Shown: positions 9,638 through 18,459 of the stretch, piece by piece | Layout: each line of letters begins with the position of its first letter | Numbering within the stretch: position 1 is the stretch's first letter | Source: a virus | IMG/VR virus record: IMGVR_UViG_3300023493_000006 | Span: 10,434-74,433 of that record | DNA: 64,000 bases | Reading direction: 5' to 3' (one strand) | Made by a program: the position numbers and the translations under genes | Notes under the pieces: model-generated | Database searches by the model: none | What the model was told of the DNA's origin: nothing | Seen by the model: the letters and a program-made list of their open reading frames with translations, nothing else

Positions 9638-10309
9638 TTATGCCGCAATTTTATTAAGAAAATCTTCTATTTCTTCATAATTCCATCCATTACATATTAA
9701 TGCGCCAGCAATTTCAGTTAATTGTTTTATTTTTAAATTTTGCTCATCAGATAAATAAAATCTAAAACTTGTAAATTTCTTTGGTTTGTATTTTTTTACA
9801 AGGCTTTCCGTGTTTCCACCTAATACAATTTGGTATATCAAGTCAGAATAAATATTTGGCTCGTCAAGACCTTTTACGGCATTGGTGAATTTTTCAATTT
9901 CTTTATTCTCATTTGATAATCTTATATATTCTTCAACAGACGAATTAGTTAAGCCCAAAATTTTTTGGGAAATTTCCAATACTCTTTCTTTTACAGAATT
10001 AGCATATTCTTTTTTGATTGAACGCATTTCTTCTTCGGAAATATATTCGCCTATCTTATGTATGGTTTCATCAATTAAATTCAAATCAACAAAAGAAAAC
10101 CACTCTCCACCAATTCTGTATTTCTGGAACAACTTATGAAGCTTATTTTCTACAAAATATGGATTTTTTAAATAATTGCTTTCATAAATTATTTTTGAGA
10201 AAGGGAGACCACATGATACTTGTGCAAGCCTTTTTTCAACGCATTGGCTTGTCCCTATTTTATATTTTTCTTCATGTTTAAAAACGTAAATCTTTTTAAA
10301 ATTTTCCAT
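9638..10309 (-). CDS. T5orf172 (MUG113/GIY-YIG-like) domain protein
   Basis: Start MENFKKIYVFK (RBS GGGGAGG). IYVFK...YKIGTS..VEKRLAQ...VENKLHKLFQKYRIGGEWFSF matches the T5orf172 consensus (YKIG(T/S)...R......H..L...R..GEWF). Confidence 0.6.
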   Translation of the reverse strand: MENFKKIYVFKHEEKYKIGTSQCVEKRLAQVSCGLPFSKIIYESNYLKNPYFVENKLHKLFQKYRIGGEWFSFVDLNLIDETIHKIGEYISEEEMRSIKKEYANSVKERVLEISQKILGLTNSSVEEYIRLSNENKEIEKFTNAVKGLDEPNIYSDLIYQIVLGGNTESLVKKYKPKKFTSFRFYLSDEQNLKIKQLTEIAGALICNGWNYEEIEDFLNKIAA

Positions 10310-10462
10310 CAAGTTGTTTTCCTCCCCAAAATAAAAAAGAGCCGCCAAGTAAGATAAAAATTCCTCAAAATTGAGAAATATTAATTTCTTCTTAGCGGCT
10401 CAAAAATCAAAACCGTGTGTACTTCTTCATTAAAGAAATCATACCACACAATCAGTCAAAAA

Positions 10463-13400
10463 TCAATATGCCGGGGACGGTTTGAAACGGCTATCTGTAT
10501 CATTTTGGGCTTTTGTTACTGCTTTTGCAATCTCGCTTCCGTCCAGAATAATGCTATTCATAATGTACTGCGGATTGTTATTTCCGCTGTTCATACTCAT
10601 TGCCATTGCAACGCCCTGTGCTACTGCTTTTGCCATTTCTTCTTTTGTAAGTCCCATGCTTCCGTCCGAACTGGAAACAATGCTGTCTGCAATCTTCTTC
10701 ATGGTTCGTGGATTTTCCAGCGGAAGGACGGCTTCAGAACCGGCTTCACCGATACCGATTACCTGTGCGCCGTTGAAAAGACCACCTTTGGCGTACCAAT
10801 TAGGCTTGTAAACTGGTGTAGAACTAGTTCTTCCACCACCAAGATCATGTTTTCTCCACTCTGAAATATAATAAGTTAGAGTTGGTAAATGTACTTGTTT
10901 CATGCCATCAGCGAATGATTGAGCAGTTTCCCGACCAATTGATGTAAGATTAACATTAAATAGCCTTTTAATTTTATCCGAAATCCCAGACAAATTAGAT
11001 TCTGTGTAGGTTTTCATTTTCCCAGTTTCCGTGTCAACTTTACCAGAAGCCTTTTCCCAAATCTGGTTTGTATTGATTAGAACAGAAGACCAATAGCTTT
11101 GAATGGTGGTCATAACCTTACCCATTATATCTTTGGTATCGGTATCCATGGTTCCGAGGGCTGTCGATACAGCACTTGCGGAATTTCCCCAGTTTGTTTT
11201 GGAGTTGGTTTCAACATCATCATTCGTGTTCTTTATCTTTGACCAAATGGAAGGCATTGTGCTTTCTGTGCTTTTTTTCATTCCAGCCATTGCCGTGCTT
11301 ACAGCTGCACTGGCTATTCCAAAACCAGTCTTAGAGTTTGAAGAAATGGATTTCGTAGCTGTTTCCACTGATTTGCTCATTGTTGATGAAGATTTTGGAA
11401 CATCTTCTGAAAAAGCTTTAATAACTTTTCCTGTGTCAATTCCCATCTCTGCCATTTTATCCATCAAGGCTTGGAATGCGGCTCTGGCTGTTGCACCAGA
11501 TGATTCTTGTTGCTGAAGGACAGCACTTAATTCATCAAACTGCGTTGGAGTGATTACCGCTTGATTTGAAAGTCTTTCTAATGCAGATTTCGCATTATCA
11601 AATTCTGTCCCCATCGTACCGATATATTCATTAATATTACTTACATGAGAATTTGTAGAAGTATCGGATTCTTCCATTGCCTGTTTTAATGCTTGCTTAA
11701 ATGTATCGGAAGAAATTCCAAGATTTTCAAGTGATGTTTCTACAGTTTGGAGCTGTCCATCAAAATCAAATGCATTGTCTTTCACATTTTTTAAATCACC
11801 GCCAAGACCGATAAATTTATCCCCGGAAATTCCAGTTTGGTCTTCAAGGATTTTTAATGCTTTTCTAACAACTTCAAAATCGTTGAATGCGTCAGCTGTG
11901 GAGTCTTTAAAGTCCATAGCTTTTTTTACCTGTCCAAGACCTTCCATGACAAATGCAGTTGCGCCCAAATTTGTTGCGTATCCCCAAAATCCTTGGAATT
12001 GTCCACCAGCTGTTTGTGCGACGTCACCAAGATTTTTTATCTTTTCAGCAAGGGTAGTAAATCCTCCATTTCCTGCGGATTCTGCCGCATCCCCTAAATC
12101 TTTTATTGCTTCTTTTGCTCCACTCGTGCCATCTCCAAGGACATCTGCTAATTTTTCAGCAATGAGATCAGCATTTTCTTTGGCAATAATTTTTCCGCCA
12201 ATGTGATCAATAAGGTTCCATGCAAGTTCTCCAATTCCGCTTACTTTAAGAACATTTACGACAAGAAAGGCTTTTCCAAGAATATCAACAAGACTTCCAA
12301 CAAGCGGATGGTCTTCTTTTATTCCGTCCACCAATCCGTTAAAAGCACTTGATAAGCCTCCTAGAATCAAATCAGCCGCAGTACCAAGGATTTCACCCCA
12401 TGGTAACTCACCAAGGAACGTTCCAACGCCTTGTCCAAATTCATAAAAAGTGTCTTTGGTGAGAGAATCTTTTAATGCTGTACACAAATGAGATATAAAA
12501 TCTCCAAGAGCCTGTCCATTTTCTTTCCAGTTTGTTTCTTTGATGAATTTAGCGATTCCATCTCTTATCTTGGTTGCGAGATCATCCCAATTAAATGTTT
12601 CTGTAAATGATTTTAAGCTTTCGAACGCTCCGTTTAATAAACCAGAAAGTGCATCTGCAATTGTGTTCATGTCTATCTTTTTGATTGCACCATTTAAGGC
12701 TTTTCCAATAGCAGTGCCAAGCTTACCCCATCCAGTAATTCCAGCACCATCTTTTTTAGACATATCCTTTACAAAGCCAGAAAGCATTTTCCAAGATGCC
12801 ATAAAACTGTTTCCGATTAAGGTTCCAAGACCTGTCCAGTCAATTTCCTTTATAGCTCCTTTTAAAAGTTGAGACAGTTTTGCCCCTATTCCAGAAAAAT
12901 CTATTCCTCCATCTCCAAGCAACAGGTTTAGAGTATTTACTGCTGTGTTAATTCCAGATCCAAGCATTCTTCCAATTAAGTCGAAATCAATTCCGCTAAC
13001 CATGGAATTAAATGCTGTTGTAAATGCATTTACAAATTCGGTTATTTTCGGGCCAACATTATTCCAATTAATAACTTCATATATTTTTTGCATTCCGACA
13101 TTTATCATGTCTGCAATAGTGGAACCTAGTCCCTGCCAGTCTTTATTGATAAATGCTTTTCTGATTTTAGCAGCCCATTTATTAATTGGTGTTTCGTCAA
13201 CAGTCAAAACTTCATCCAGTGAATCTTGTATTCCAGCAAAACTATCTGCTAAATCTCCAAGCCCAGAACCAAGACTTTTAGATGCAGTTCCAGAATTATC
13301 AGAATTATCGGCAAGCTGATTTAATTGGTCGAATGGCAATACAGAAAGTGCCTTTTTCAGTTTCTTAGCAGATGATGTAGCGTCATCAAGACCAGAAGAT

Positions 13401-15127
13401 GCGTCATCACCAGCTGTTTCTATACCACCTAAATTAGATACGATATCACTAACTCCACTCTGCGAGCCTTTTAGTTTCTTTCCCATCAATACATACATGA
13501 AGTTGCGAAATGCATTTGCGGCTTGCATAAGTTTTGACATGAGCGCATTAAGTGCTTGAATAGCCGGGAGAATTCCAGCGATTAAACCTTGCCCGATTAC
13601 TGCAGAAAGTGACTGGAAGTTCAAGGTAAGCAAACGAACCTGGTTCGCCCATGTTCCAGATGTCCTTGCGAAATCCCCTTGCACATCTCCTGTAACTGAC
13701 ATTAAATAGTTGTATCGAAGAGCAACTTTTTCAGCTTGGGACATTGCGTTATAAGATGTTGTAATTCCCCTTGAAAGAGCATAAGCCTCCATATTTGCAA
13801 CGGATAAATTAATTCCCAATTGTCTTAAAGGCTCAATTTCCCCAGAAATTCCAGAGCGTATTTTCTGAAAAGCTGTATCAGTATCAATATTGTAAAATGA
13901 TGCAATATCCCCGGCTAATCCAGCAAGAGAAATTGACATTTTAGAAGCTGCATCTTGCGCAACACCAGACGATTTCATCATTGCCATCATGGTTCCAGAA
14001 TATTGCTTTGCTGCCAATTCGGATAATCCAAATTGTTCTTTGGCCGTAGAAGCAAATTTGTAGGCTTCATCTGCCATGCTTCCAAAGGAAACATCTACAA
14101 CATTTTCGATTTCTGTAATAGCAGAGCCAAAACCAATTGCACTTTTTCCTAAATTTGCCAGACCACGAATAGCCTTAAAACCGATAGCAGTTTTAAGCAA
14201 ATTTCCGAGATTAAAAGAAGCGGTTTTAATTCCAGAACTACTATTCCCGAGACGTTGAAACCATCCAATAATGCCTTTTACCCCGGTTCCAATTATAGAA
14301 GAAGTTTTACTAACAATATTACCAAGGCTAGATGTTGCAGATGATAATTTAGAAAACGCACTGGATATAGAATTTGTAGCGGAATTTACCTTTCCCCCTG
14401 CATTAGCCAACTTTGCCAGTGCTTCCGTCATGCGGATGGTGTTCTCACTTATTTTAGGTGCAGTTTTCATTACATCGAAGAAAGACAATACTTCCTTTGC
14501 TAGTGTTCCAAGCTGGCTTGACGTTTGTCCGATTCTATTTCCAGAGCTTGCCAATTGTGCAATAGACTGAACTAACCTATTTACAGGTTCAGATATATCG
14601 CCAACGCTCGTAAAACTCTCTACGATTGATTTAAGATTTCTTCCAAGCCCAGGCAATTCAGCTGATACATTCGCAATATATTCACCGGAATTGGCTAATC
14701 TAGCCATTGAATTGACAAAGCGATTAACACCGGAAGATACATCTGGAATCTCTGTCAAATTGCTTAATTTATGGATTATTTCTCCGAGTTTTCCTGTGTC
14801 AAAACTGCTTATATCAACCTGGCTAAGTCTATTGATTGAGTTAATAACCGCATTAAGGCCAGAACCTTTATAGTTTACGCCACCCATTGTCTTTATGGAA
14901 TTTGAGAATTTTCCAATTCCAACAGCAATGCTTGTCATTTTCCCTATATCAAGTTCTTTTAGTTTTCCAAGTTCCCTTACACAACTACGTAATCCGTTTG
15001 TATTAACTCCGCTTAATGCGGAATTAACTTCTGTGAGTTTATTTGAAAGATTAGTCAGCGCACGTACTGCTTTTTCTGTACTACTGCTAATTTGTATATC
15101 AAGGGTATCAATGGTATTGTCAGCCAT
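10463..15127 (-). CDS. Tail tape measure protein (1554 aa)
   Basis: Very long alpha-helical, low-complexity protein following the chaperone genes. Strong RBS AGGAGGG. Typical TMP position and composition. Confidence 0.85.
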   Translation of the reverse strand: MADNTIDTLDIQISSSTEKAVRALTNLSNKLTEVNSALSGVNTNGLRSCVRELGKLKELDIGKMTSIAVGIGKFSNSIKTMGGVNYKGSGLNAVINSINRLSQVDISSFDTGKLGEIIHKLSNLTEIPDVSSGVNRFVNSMARLANSGEYIANVSAELPGLGRNLKSIVESFTSVGDISEPVNRLVQSIAQLASSGNRIGQTSSQLGTLAKEVLSFFDVMKTAPKISENTIRMTEALAKLANAGGKVNSATNSISSAFSKLSSATSSLGNIVSKTSSIIGTGVKGIIGWFQRLGNSSSGIKTASFNLGNLLKTAIGFKAIRGLANLGKSAIGFGSAITEIENVVDVSFGSMADEAYKFASTAKEQFGLSELAAKQYSGTMMAMMKSSGVAQDAASKMSISLAGLAGDIASFYNIDTDTAFQKIRSGISGEIEPLRQLGINLSVANMEAYALSRGITTSYNAMSQAEKVALRYNYLMSVTGDVQGDFARTSGTWANQVRLLTLNFQSLSAVIGQGLIAGILPAIQALNALMSKLMQAANAFRNFMYVLMGKKLKGSQSGVSDIVSNLGGIETAGDDASSGLDDATSSAKKLKKALSVLPFDQLNQLADNSDNSGTASKSLGSGLGDLADSFAGIQDSLDEVLTVDETPINKWAAKIRKAFINKDWQGLGSTIADMINVGMQKIYEVINWNNVGPKITEFVNAFTTAFNSMVSGIDFDLIGRMLGSGINTAVNTLNLLLGDGGIDFSGIGAKLSQLLKGAIKEIDWTGLGTLIGNSFMASWKMLSGFVKDMSKKDGAGITGWGKLGTAIGKALNGAIKKIDMNTIADALSGLLNGAFESLKSFTETFNWDDLATKIRDGIAKFIKETNWKENGQALGDFISHLCTALKDSLTKDTFYEFGQGVGTFLGELPWGEILGTAADLILGGLSSAFNGLVDGIKEDHPLVGSLVDILGKAFLVVNVLKVSGIGELAWNLIDHIGGKIIAKENADLIAEKLADVLGDGTSGAKEAIKDLGDAAESAGNGGFTTLAEKIKNLGDVAQTAGGQFQGFWGYATNLGATAFVMEGLGQVKKAMDFKDSTADAFNDFEVVRKALKILEDQTGISGDKFIGLGGDLKNVKDNAFDFDGQLQTVETSLENLGISSDTFKQALKQAMEESDTSTNSHVSNINEYIGTMGTEFDNAKSALERLSNQAVITPTQFDELSAVLQQQESSGATARAAFQALMDKMAEMGIDTGKVIKAFSEDVPKSSSTMSKSVETATKSISSNSKTGFGIASAAVSTAMAGMKKSTESTMPSIWSKIKNTNDDVETNSKTNWGNSASAVSTALGTMDTDTKDIMGKVMTTIQSYWSSVLINTNQIWEKASGKVDTETGKMKTYTESNLSGISDKIKRLFNVNLTSIGRETAQSFADGMKQVHLPTLTYYISEWRKHDLGGGRTSSTPVYKPNWYAKGGLFNGAQVIGIGEAGSEAVLPLENPRTMKKIADSIVSSSDGSMGLTKEEMAKAVAQGVAMAMSMNSGNNNPQYIMNSIILDGSEIAKAVTKAQNDTDSRFKPSPAY

Positions 15128-15176
15128 TTTATTTATCCCTCCTTTTTTTTACAAAAAAATAAAGGGCAGACAAGAC

Positions 15177-15521
15177 TTATTCATCCTGCCTGCCCTTTTC
15201 ATGGTTAAGTTCAAAGTTTGCCTGCATGAGTTGCAAGCTTGCTAAAAGTGCGTTTCTCTGTTTTTTCTTTTCTTCTTCGGAAAGTATGCCTTCCTGTTTA
15301 CGCTTTTCTTCCTCTGCTGATTCCAGTAAAGGTTTTTTCAAATACTCTGCTTTAGATTTTTTCCCCATTAAAGCATTCGCAACAGCCGTGAATGTGGCTG
15401 ATGTTTCATAAATGCCAGCTTGCCAGAGTTCGGAATCTTTCCTCTTTTGACGTATCTTTTCAGCTTCGAGATAAGGTTTTAATTCAGCTGGCGTAGAATC
15501 CATAAATTCTTCTTTAGACAC
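15177..15521 (-). CDS. Tail assembly chaperone, frameshift-extension (T) segment. Probably expressed as a G-T fusion by -1 frameshifting
   Basis: This frame is open upstream, back into the 3' end of the G gene in its -1 frame. See slippery site 15575-15595. Confidence 0.5.
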   Translation of the reverse strand: MSKEEFMDSTPAELKPYLEAEKIRQKRKDSELWQAGIYETSATFTAVANALMGKKSKAEYLKKPLLESAEEEKRKQEGILSEEEKKKQRNALLASLQLMQANFELNHEKGRQDE

Positions 15522-15574
15522 ACCAATAGAGAGGTATAAAGGAAGAATCTCTTTGTAAACAGCTTCTCGAAAAG

Positions 15575-16003
15575 TTAATTTTTCTTTTTGTGATCCTGTG
15601 GAAGCTTCGTTGCATTCTTCTCCACTGCCTGTGCTTCTGCTACTGCATTCAGAAGACCGGATAAAAAACCATTTTTCTCCAATTCTTTGTCAAGAAGTTG
15701 GTATAAATCAAATCCGCTTTTGGGATTTTCCTCAGTTCCTTCATCTTCGTAATCATCCAAAAGGTCACAGACTTTATTAAGAACAACTTCTTTTTCAGAA
15801 TCACTTTCATACCCAAACTCTTCCTTGTGCTTCTTTTGAAGTCCGGCAAGAAGCAGTTCCGGGAGAAGAGAAATCATTTTCTGAAGGCTTCTCTCTTTTC
15901 CATCTGTAATCCCCTGTACCTTGTCCAGCACATCTGTTTTTGTAAGAAGTCCGTATCCAAATACAACCTTATATTCTTTTCCATGTACATTAAAAGTTAC
16001 CAT
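15575..16003 (-). CDS. Tail assembly chaperone (gpG-like)
   Basis: Located between the major tail protein and TMP. Ends ...CAC AAA AAG AAA AAT TAA, a lysine-codon slippery run. Confidence 0.6.
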   Translation of the reverse strand: MVTFNVHGKEYKVVFGYGLLTKTDVLDKVQGITDGKERSLQKMISLLPELLLAGLQKKHKEEFGYESDSEKEVVLNKVCDLLDDYEDEGTEENPKSGFDLYQLLDKELEKNGFLSGLLNAVAEAQAVEKNATKLPQDHKKKN

Positions 16004-16026
16004 TTTATAATCCTCCCAATATGTTT

Positions 16027-16557
16027 TTAGCTAAGTGCCATTGCGCCTGTGGAATCTGCTACTGCTTTTGCGGTGTCTAAAGCCTGTGTAAGTTCTTCGG
16101 AAACAACTTTTGTATCAAGGCCTTTGTATTCTTGAATAATGAGAGACAGCGGAATTGTTGCTGCTTCATTCTGCCCAATGTCAGACAGTGGAATATTTTT
16201 TCCAGGGTCTGCGATAACAAAGAATGCATCTTCGAGGTCTGGAAATACAACTTCAAACCAAACTCTAAATCCTTTTGGCTTTCCTGTTGCCGCATCAGTC
16301 ATAAGCTTCTTTAATGCTGTGATAACATCGGCGTTAAGATTGAAGGTTACGTCCCAAGTACCACCAGTATCCTGTCTACCAGATGCGTACTGTGTAATGA
16401 AGTCTTCAAGTGCTGATACGTCAATCTGCTCTGTATCAAGAGAAATTCCACCGATGGAACTACATCTTTTTAACCAGGTAAATGCAGTTGGCTTCGTTCC
16501 TTTAGCGGTTTCAACACCGTAATGAAAAGTTACGCCAAGTGTTGTTAAATCTGCCAT
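16027..16557 (-). CDS. Major tail protein (phage_tail_2 / TP901-1-like)
   Basis: 176 aa. Position immediately upstream of the chaperones and TMP. Sequence features typical of siphovirus MTPs (TALD..EQIDVSALED..YASGRQD). Confidence 0.65.
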   Translation of the reverse strand: MADLTTLGVTFHYGVETAKGTKPTAFTWLKRCSSIGGISLDTEQIDVSALEDFITQYASGRQDTGGTWDVTFNLNADVITALKKLMTDAATGKPKGFRVWFEVVFPDLEDAFFVIADPGKNIPLSDIGQNEAATIPLSLIIQEYKGLDTKVVSEELTQALDTAKAVADSTGAMALS

Positions 16558-16632
16558 TTTAATAGGCTCCTTTCTTTAATTTAAGTTTTATGCACGTAAC
16601 CCTGTGCCGGGAGATAGCGGATCACCGCCTTT

Positions 16633-16926
16633 CTACTCTTCTTTTCCAGCTTGCTTAATAAGTTGATTTACATAATTACTTAATCCGGCAACGATAACGC
16701 CTTGTGTAATTGCGGTAAACAGTGCCATTGCAACTTCCTGTGAACCGGAAACTGTAGATGTTGCAAAAACATAAAGACCGCAAATTAATACACCAAGAAT
16801 TCCTAAAATCATTGGAATAAATTTGTCAGAAATATTTTCTGATTTTTTAATCATTACCCCGATAAAATAAAGAACTACAACGACAATAAGTAATTCTGGC
16901 TTTACATAACTTAAAATCTGATCCAT
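16633..16926 (-). CDS. LL-H-family-like phage holin (97 aa, 2-3 TM)
   Basis: KPELLIVVVVLYFIGVMIKK...DKFIPMILGILGVLICGLYVF...QGVIVAGLSNYVNQLIKQ. Pattern of LL-H type holins. Confidence 0.5.
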   Translation of the reverse strand: MDQILSYVKPELLIVVVVLYFIGVMIKKSENISDKFIPMILGILGVLICGLYVFATSTVSGSQEVAMALFTAITQGVIVAGLSNYVNQLIKQAGKEE

Positions 16927-16984
16927 AATCTCACCTCGCTTTCGTTTTAAGCATAAAAAAAGAACGTCTATGCGTTCATTGGTT

Positions 16985-17386
16985 TCAAAGTAATTTTCCT
17001 GTATATATCCGGCTGTATCGGCTCACAAGCTTTTTGATTCCACTGTCACCGAAAAACATAGGTTCCGGTCCGTATGTGCGGCGGAATCCCATGCTCACCA
17101 TAGCTTTGTGGCTTATCTTATCCAATTCATACACTCTGGTTAATGCTTTACTCCCAGATGTGAAGCAATTTACTTGAAATGATGGCATTGTTGCGCATTC
17201 ATCTCCTTCAAGGTCACCTCTTGTAATTGGATTCCCAAGCATATAAAGCTGTGCATATGCTTTTTTACCGGAAGCATTTGTTTCACTGCCATCCATGGAA
17301 TAATTGTCTGCGCCAGTAATCTTAGAAACAGCCGCTCCCCATCTTGAAAAAACTTCTAATACAGGAGATTCTATTGTGTCTGGCAT
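16985..17386 (-). CDS. Hypothetical structural protein (neck / tail terminator region), 133 aa
   Basis: Start MPDTIESPV with RBS GTGAGGTGA. The ORF track gives a longer N-terminal extension. Confidence 0.45.
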   Translation of the reverse strand: MPDTIESPVLEVFSRWGAAVSKITGADNYSMDGSETNASGKKAYAQLYMLGNPITRGDLEGDECATMPSFQVNCFTSGSKALTRVYELDKISHKAMVSMGFRRTYGPEPMFFGDSGIKKLVSRYSRIYTGKLL

Positions 17387-17477
17387 ATCTGTCACCTCAC
17401 AATAAAAAAATGCACTCACCTTTATAGTGAACGCATTGCATTTTATACTACAATTTAACACTGTAATGATAACATAA

Positions 17478-17507
17478 TTGTTTAGTATCATTCAGTATAT
17501 TATGGTA
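17478..17507. promoter_or_regulatory. Copy C (core only) of the late-promoter-like repeat: TAGTATCATTCAGTATATTATGGTATC
   Basis: 25/25 bp identical to copy A's core. Lies ~90-120 bp upstream of the 16985..17386 start. Confidence 0.45.
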
Positions 17508-17513
17508 TCTTCT

Positions 17514-18032
17514 TTAAGAAGAGAACGCTTCTTTAGCAATTTTACGAACGGCAATAATAATGGCTTGTTCTGCGTGATACATAGGCATGTACGCTCTATT
17601 TCCATATGAATGGCGTGTTTCTCCACTTCTTTCGTCCGTATACCACCATCCATAAGGTGAAAACGCATGGGTTTGTCCGGGGTATGTACCTACTCCGTAT
17701 TCAGAACCAGATGGCAGAGGGTAATTGTTTGAACCATATGTGATACCAGCTGAAAATTCAATGAATAACACTTTATCACCAGACAGCCTAACAGATGCAC
17801 CTGTAATGTCACCGTTCTTATTATAGATTATCTCGGTGTAGTATGAACCTTTCTCTTCGTCCGGGATGGATTCCATTGTGGTCTGAATTACTTGTAATCC
17901 CTCTTCGCACAATCTCTTAACAAAAAGCTCGTTCTTTCTTTGTAAATCTTTCTGGTATGCCTTTAATTCATTAATTGCATTACGAATTGATTTCTGCGAT
18001 AAGGTACACTTTATCGTCTTACCCATCTTCAT
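17514..18032 (-). CDS. Hypothetical structural protein (possibly HK97-gp10-like tail completion)
   Basis: Position only. Start taken at MKMGKTIK to avoid overlap with the upstream gene. Confidence 0.35.
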   Translation of the reverse strand: MKMGKTIKCTLSQKSIRNAINELKAYQKDLQRKNELFVKRLCEEGLQVIQTTMESIPDEEKGSYYTEIIYNKNGDITGASVRLSGDKVLFIEFSAGITYGSNNYPLPSGSEYGVGTYPGQTHAFSPYGWWYTDERSGETRHSYGNRAYMPMYHAEQAIIIAVRKIAKEAFSS

Positions 18033-18411
18033 TCCCTCTCTTGGAAATTCCATATCTGGCAATATTGCCTTTTTGAGTGTCTAAAATCTTCTTTAGTGTG
18101 TAGTCTGGCAATACTGTAGGTTCGCCATCTTTGTTCAAAATAAGGCTTCCGTCCTCGCTTATTTGTGGAATTCTATCTATCCAAAATATGTCCGCTTCCT
18201 GTGGATGAAAATTTCGATTAAAGCTTGTAATGTACCTATCATAATCTGGCACTATTCCGGCTGCAATTTCTTCTGGTGTTCCGGCTGTAGATGATACAGA
18301 AAAAGAGTATAGAACTGGTTTCTCATAAACTTTAATACGGTCTAATCCTTGCGTTTTTTCAGTAATTCGAGACCAATATACTTTTTGCTTTTGACGGACT
18401 AATCCTCTCAT
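18019..18411 (-). CDS. Hypothetical structural protein (130 aa)
   Basis: ORF. Position between the BppU-like gene and neck genes. Confidence 0.4.
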   Translation of the reverse strand: MRGLVRQKQKVYWSRITEKTQGLDRIKVYEKPVLYSFSVSSTAGTPEEIAAGIVPDYDRYITSFNRNFHPQEADIFWIDRIPQISEDGSLILNKDGEPTVLPDYTLKKILDTQKGNIARYGISKRGNEDG

Positions 18412-18459
18412 ATTTCCTCTCTTTCTTAAATTTGGTTGCTTAACTAAAGCCCTATTTAG

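Noticed and set aside
10482-15245. Numerous plus-strand ORFs of 100-150 aa overlapping the tape-measure gene (for example 10482..10811, 11103..11516, 12945..13319)
   Set aside because: These are antisense shadow ORFs within a long, compositionally biased minus-strand gene. They have no RBSs and no independent support
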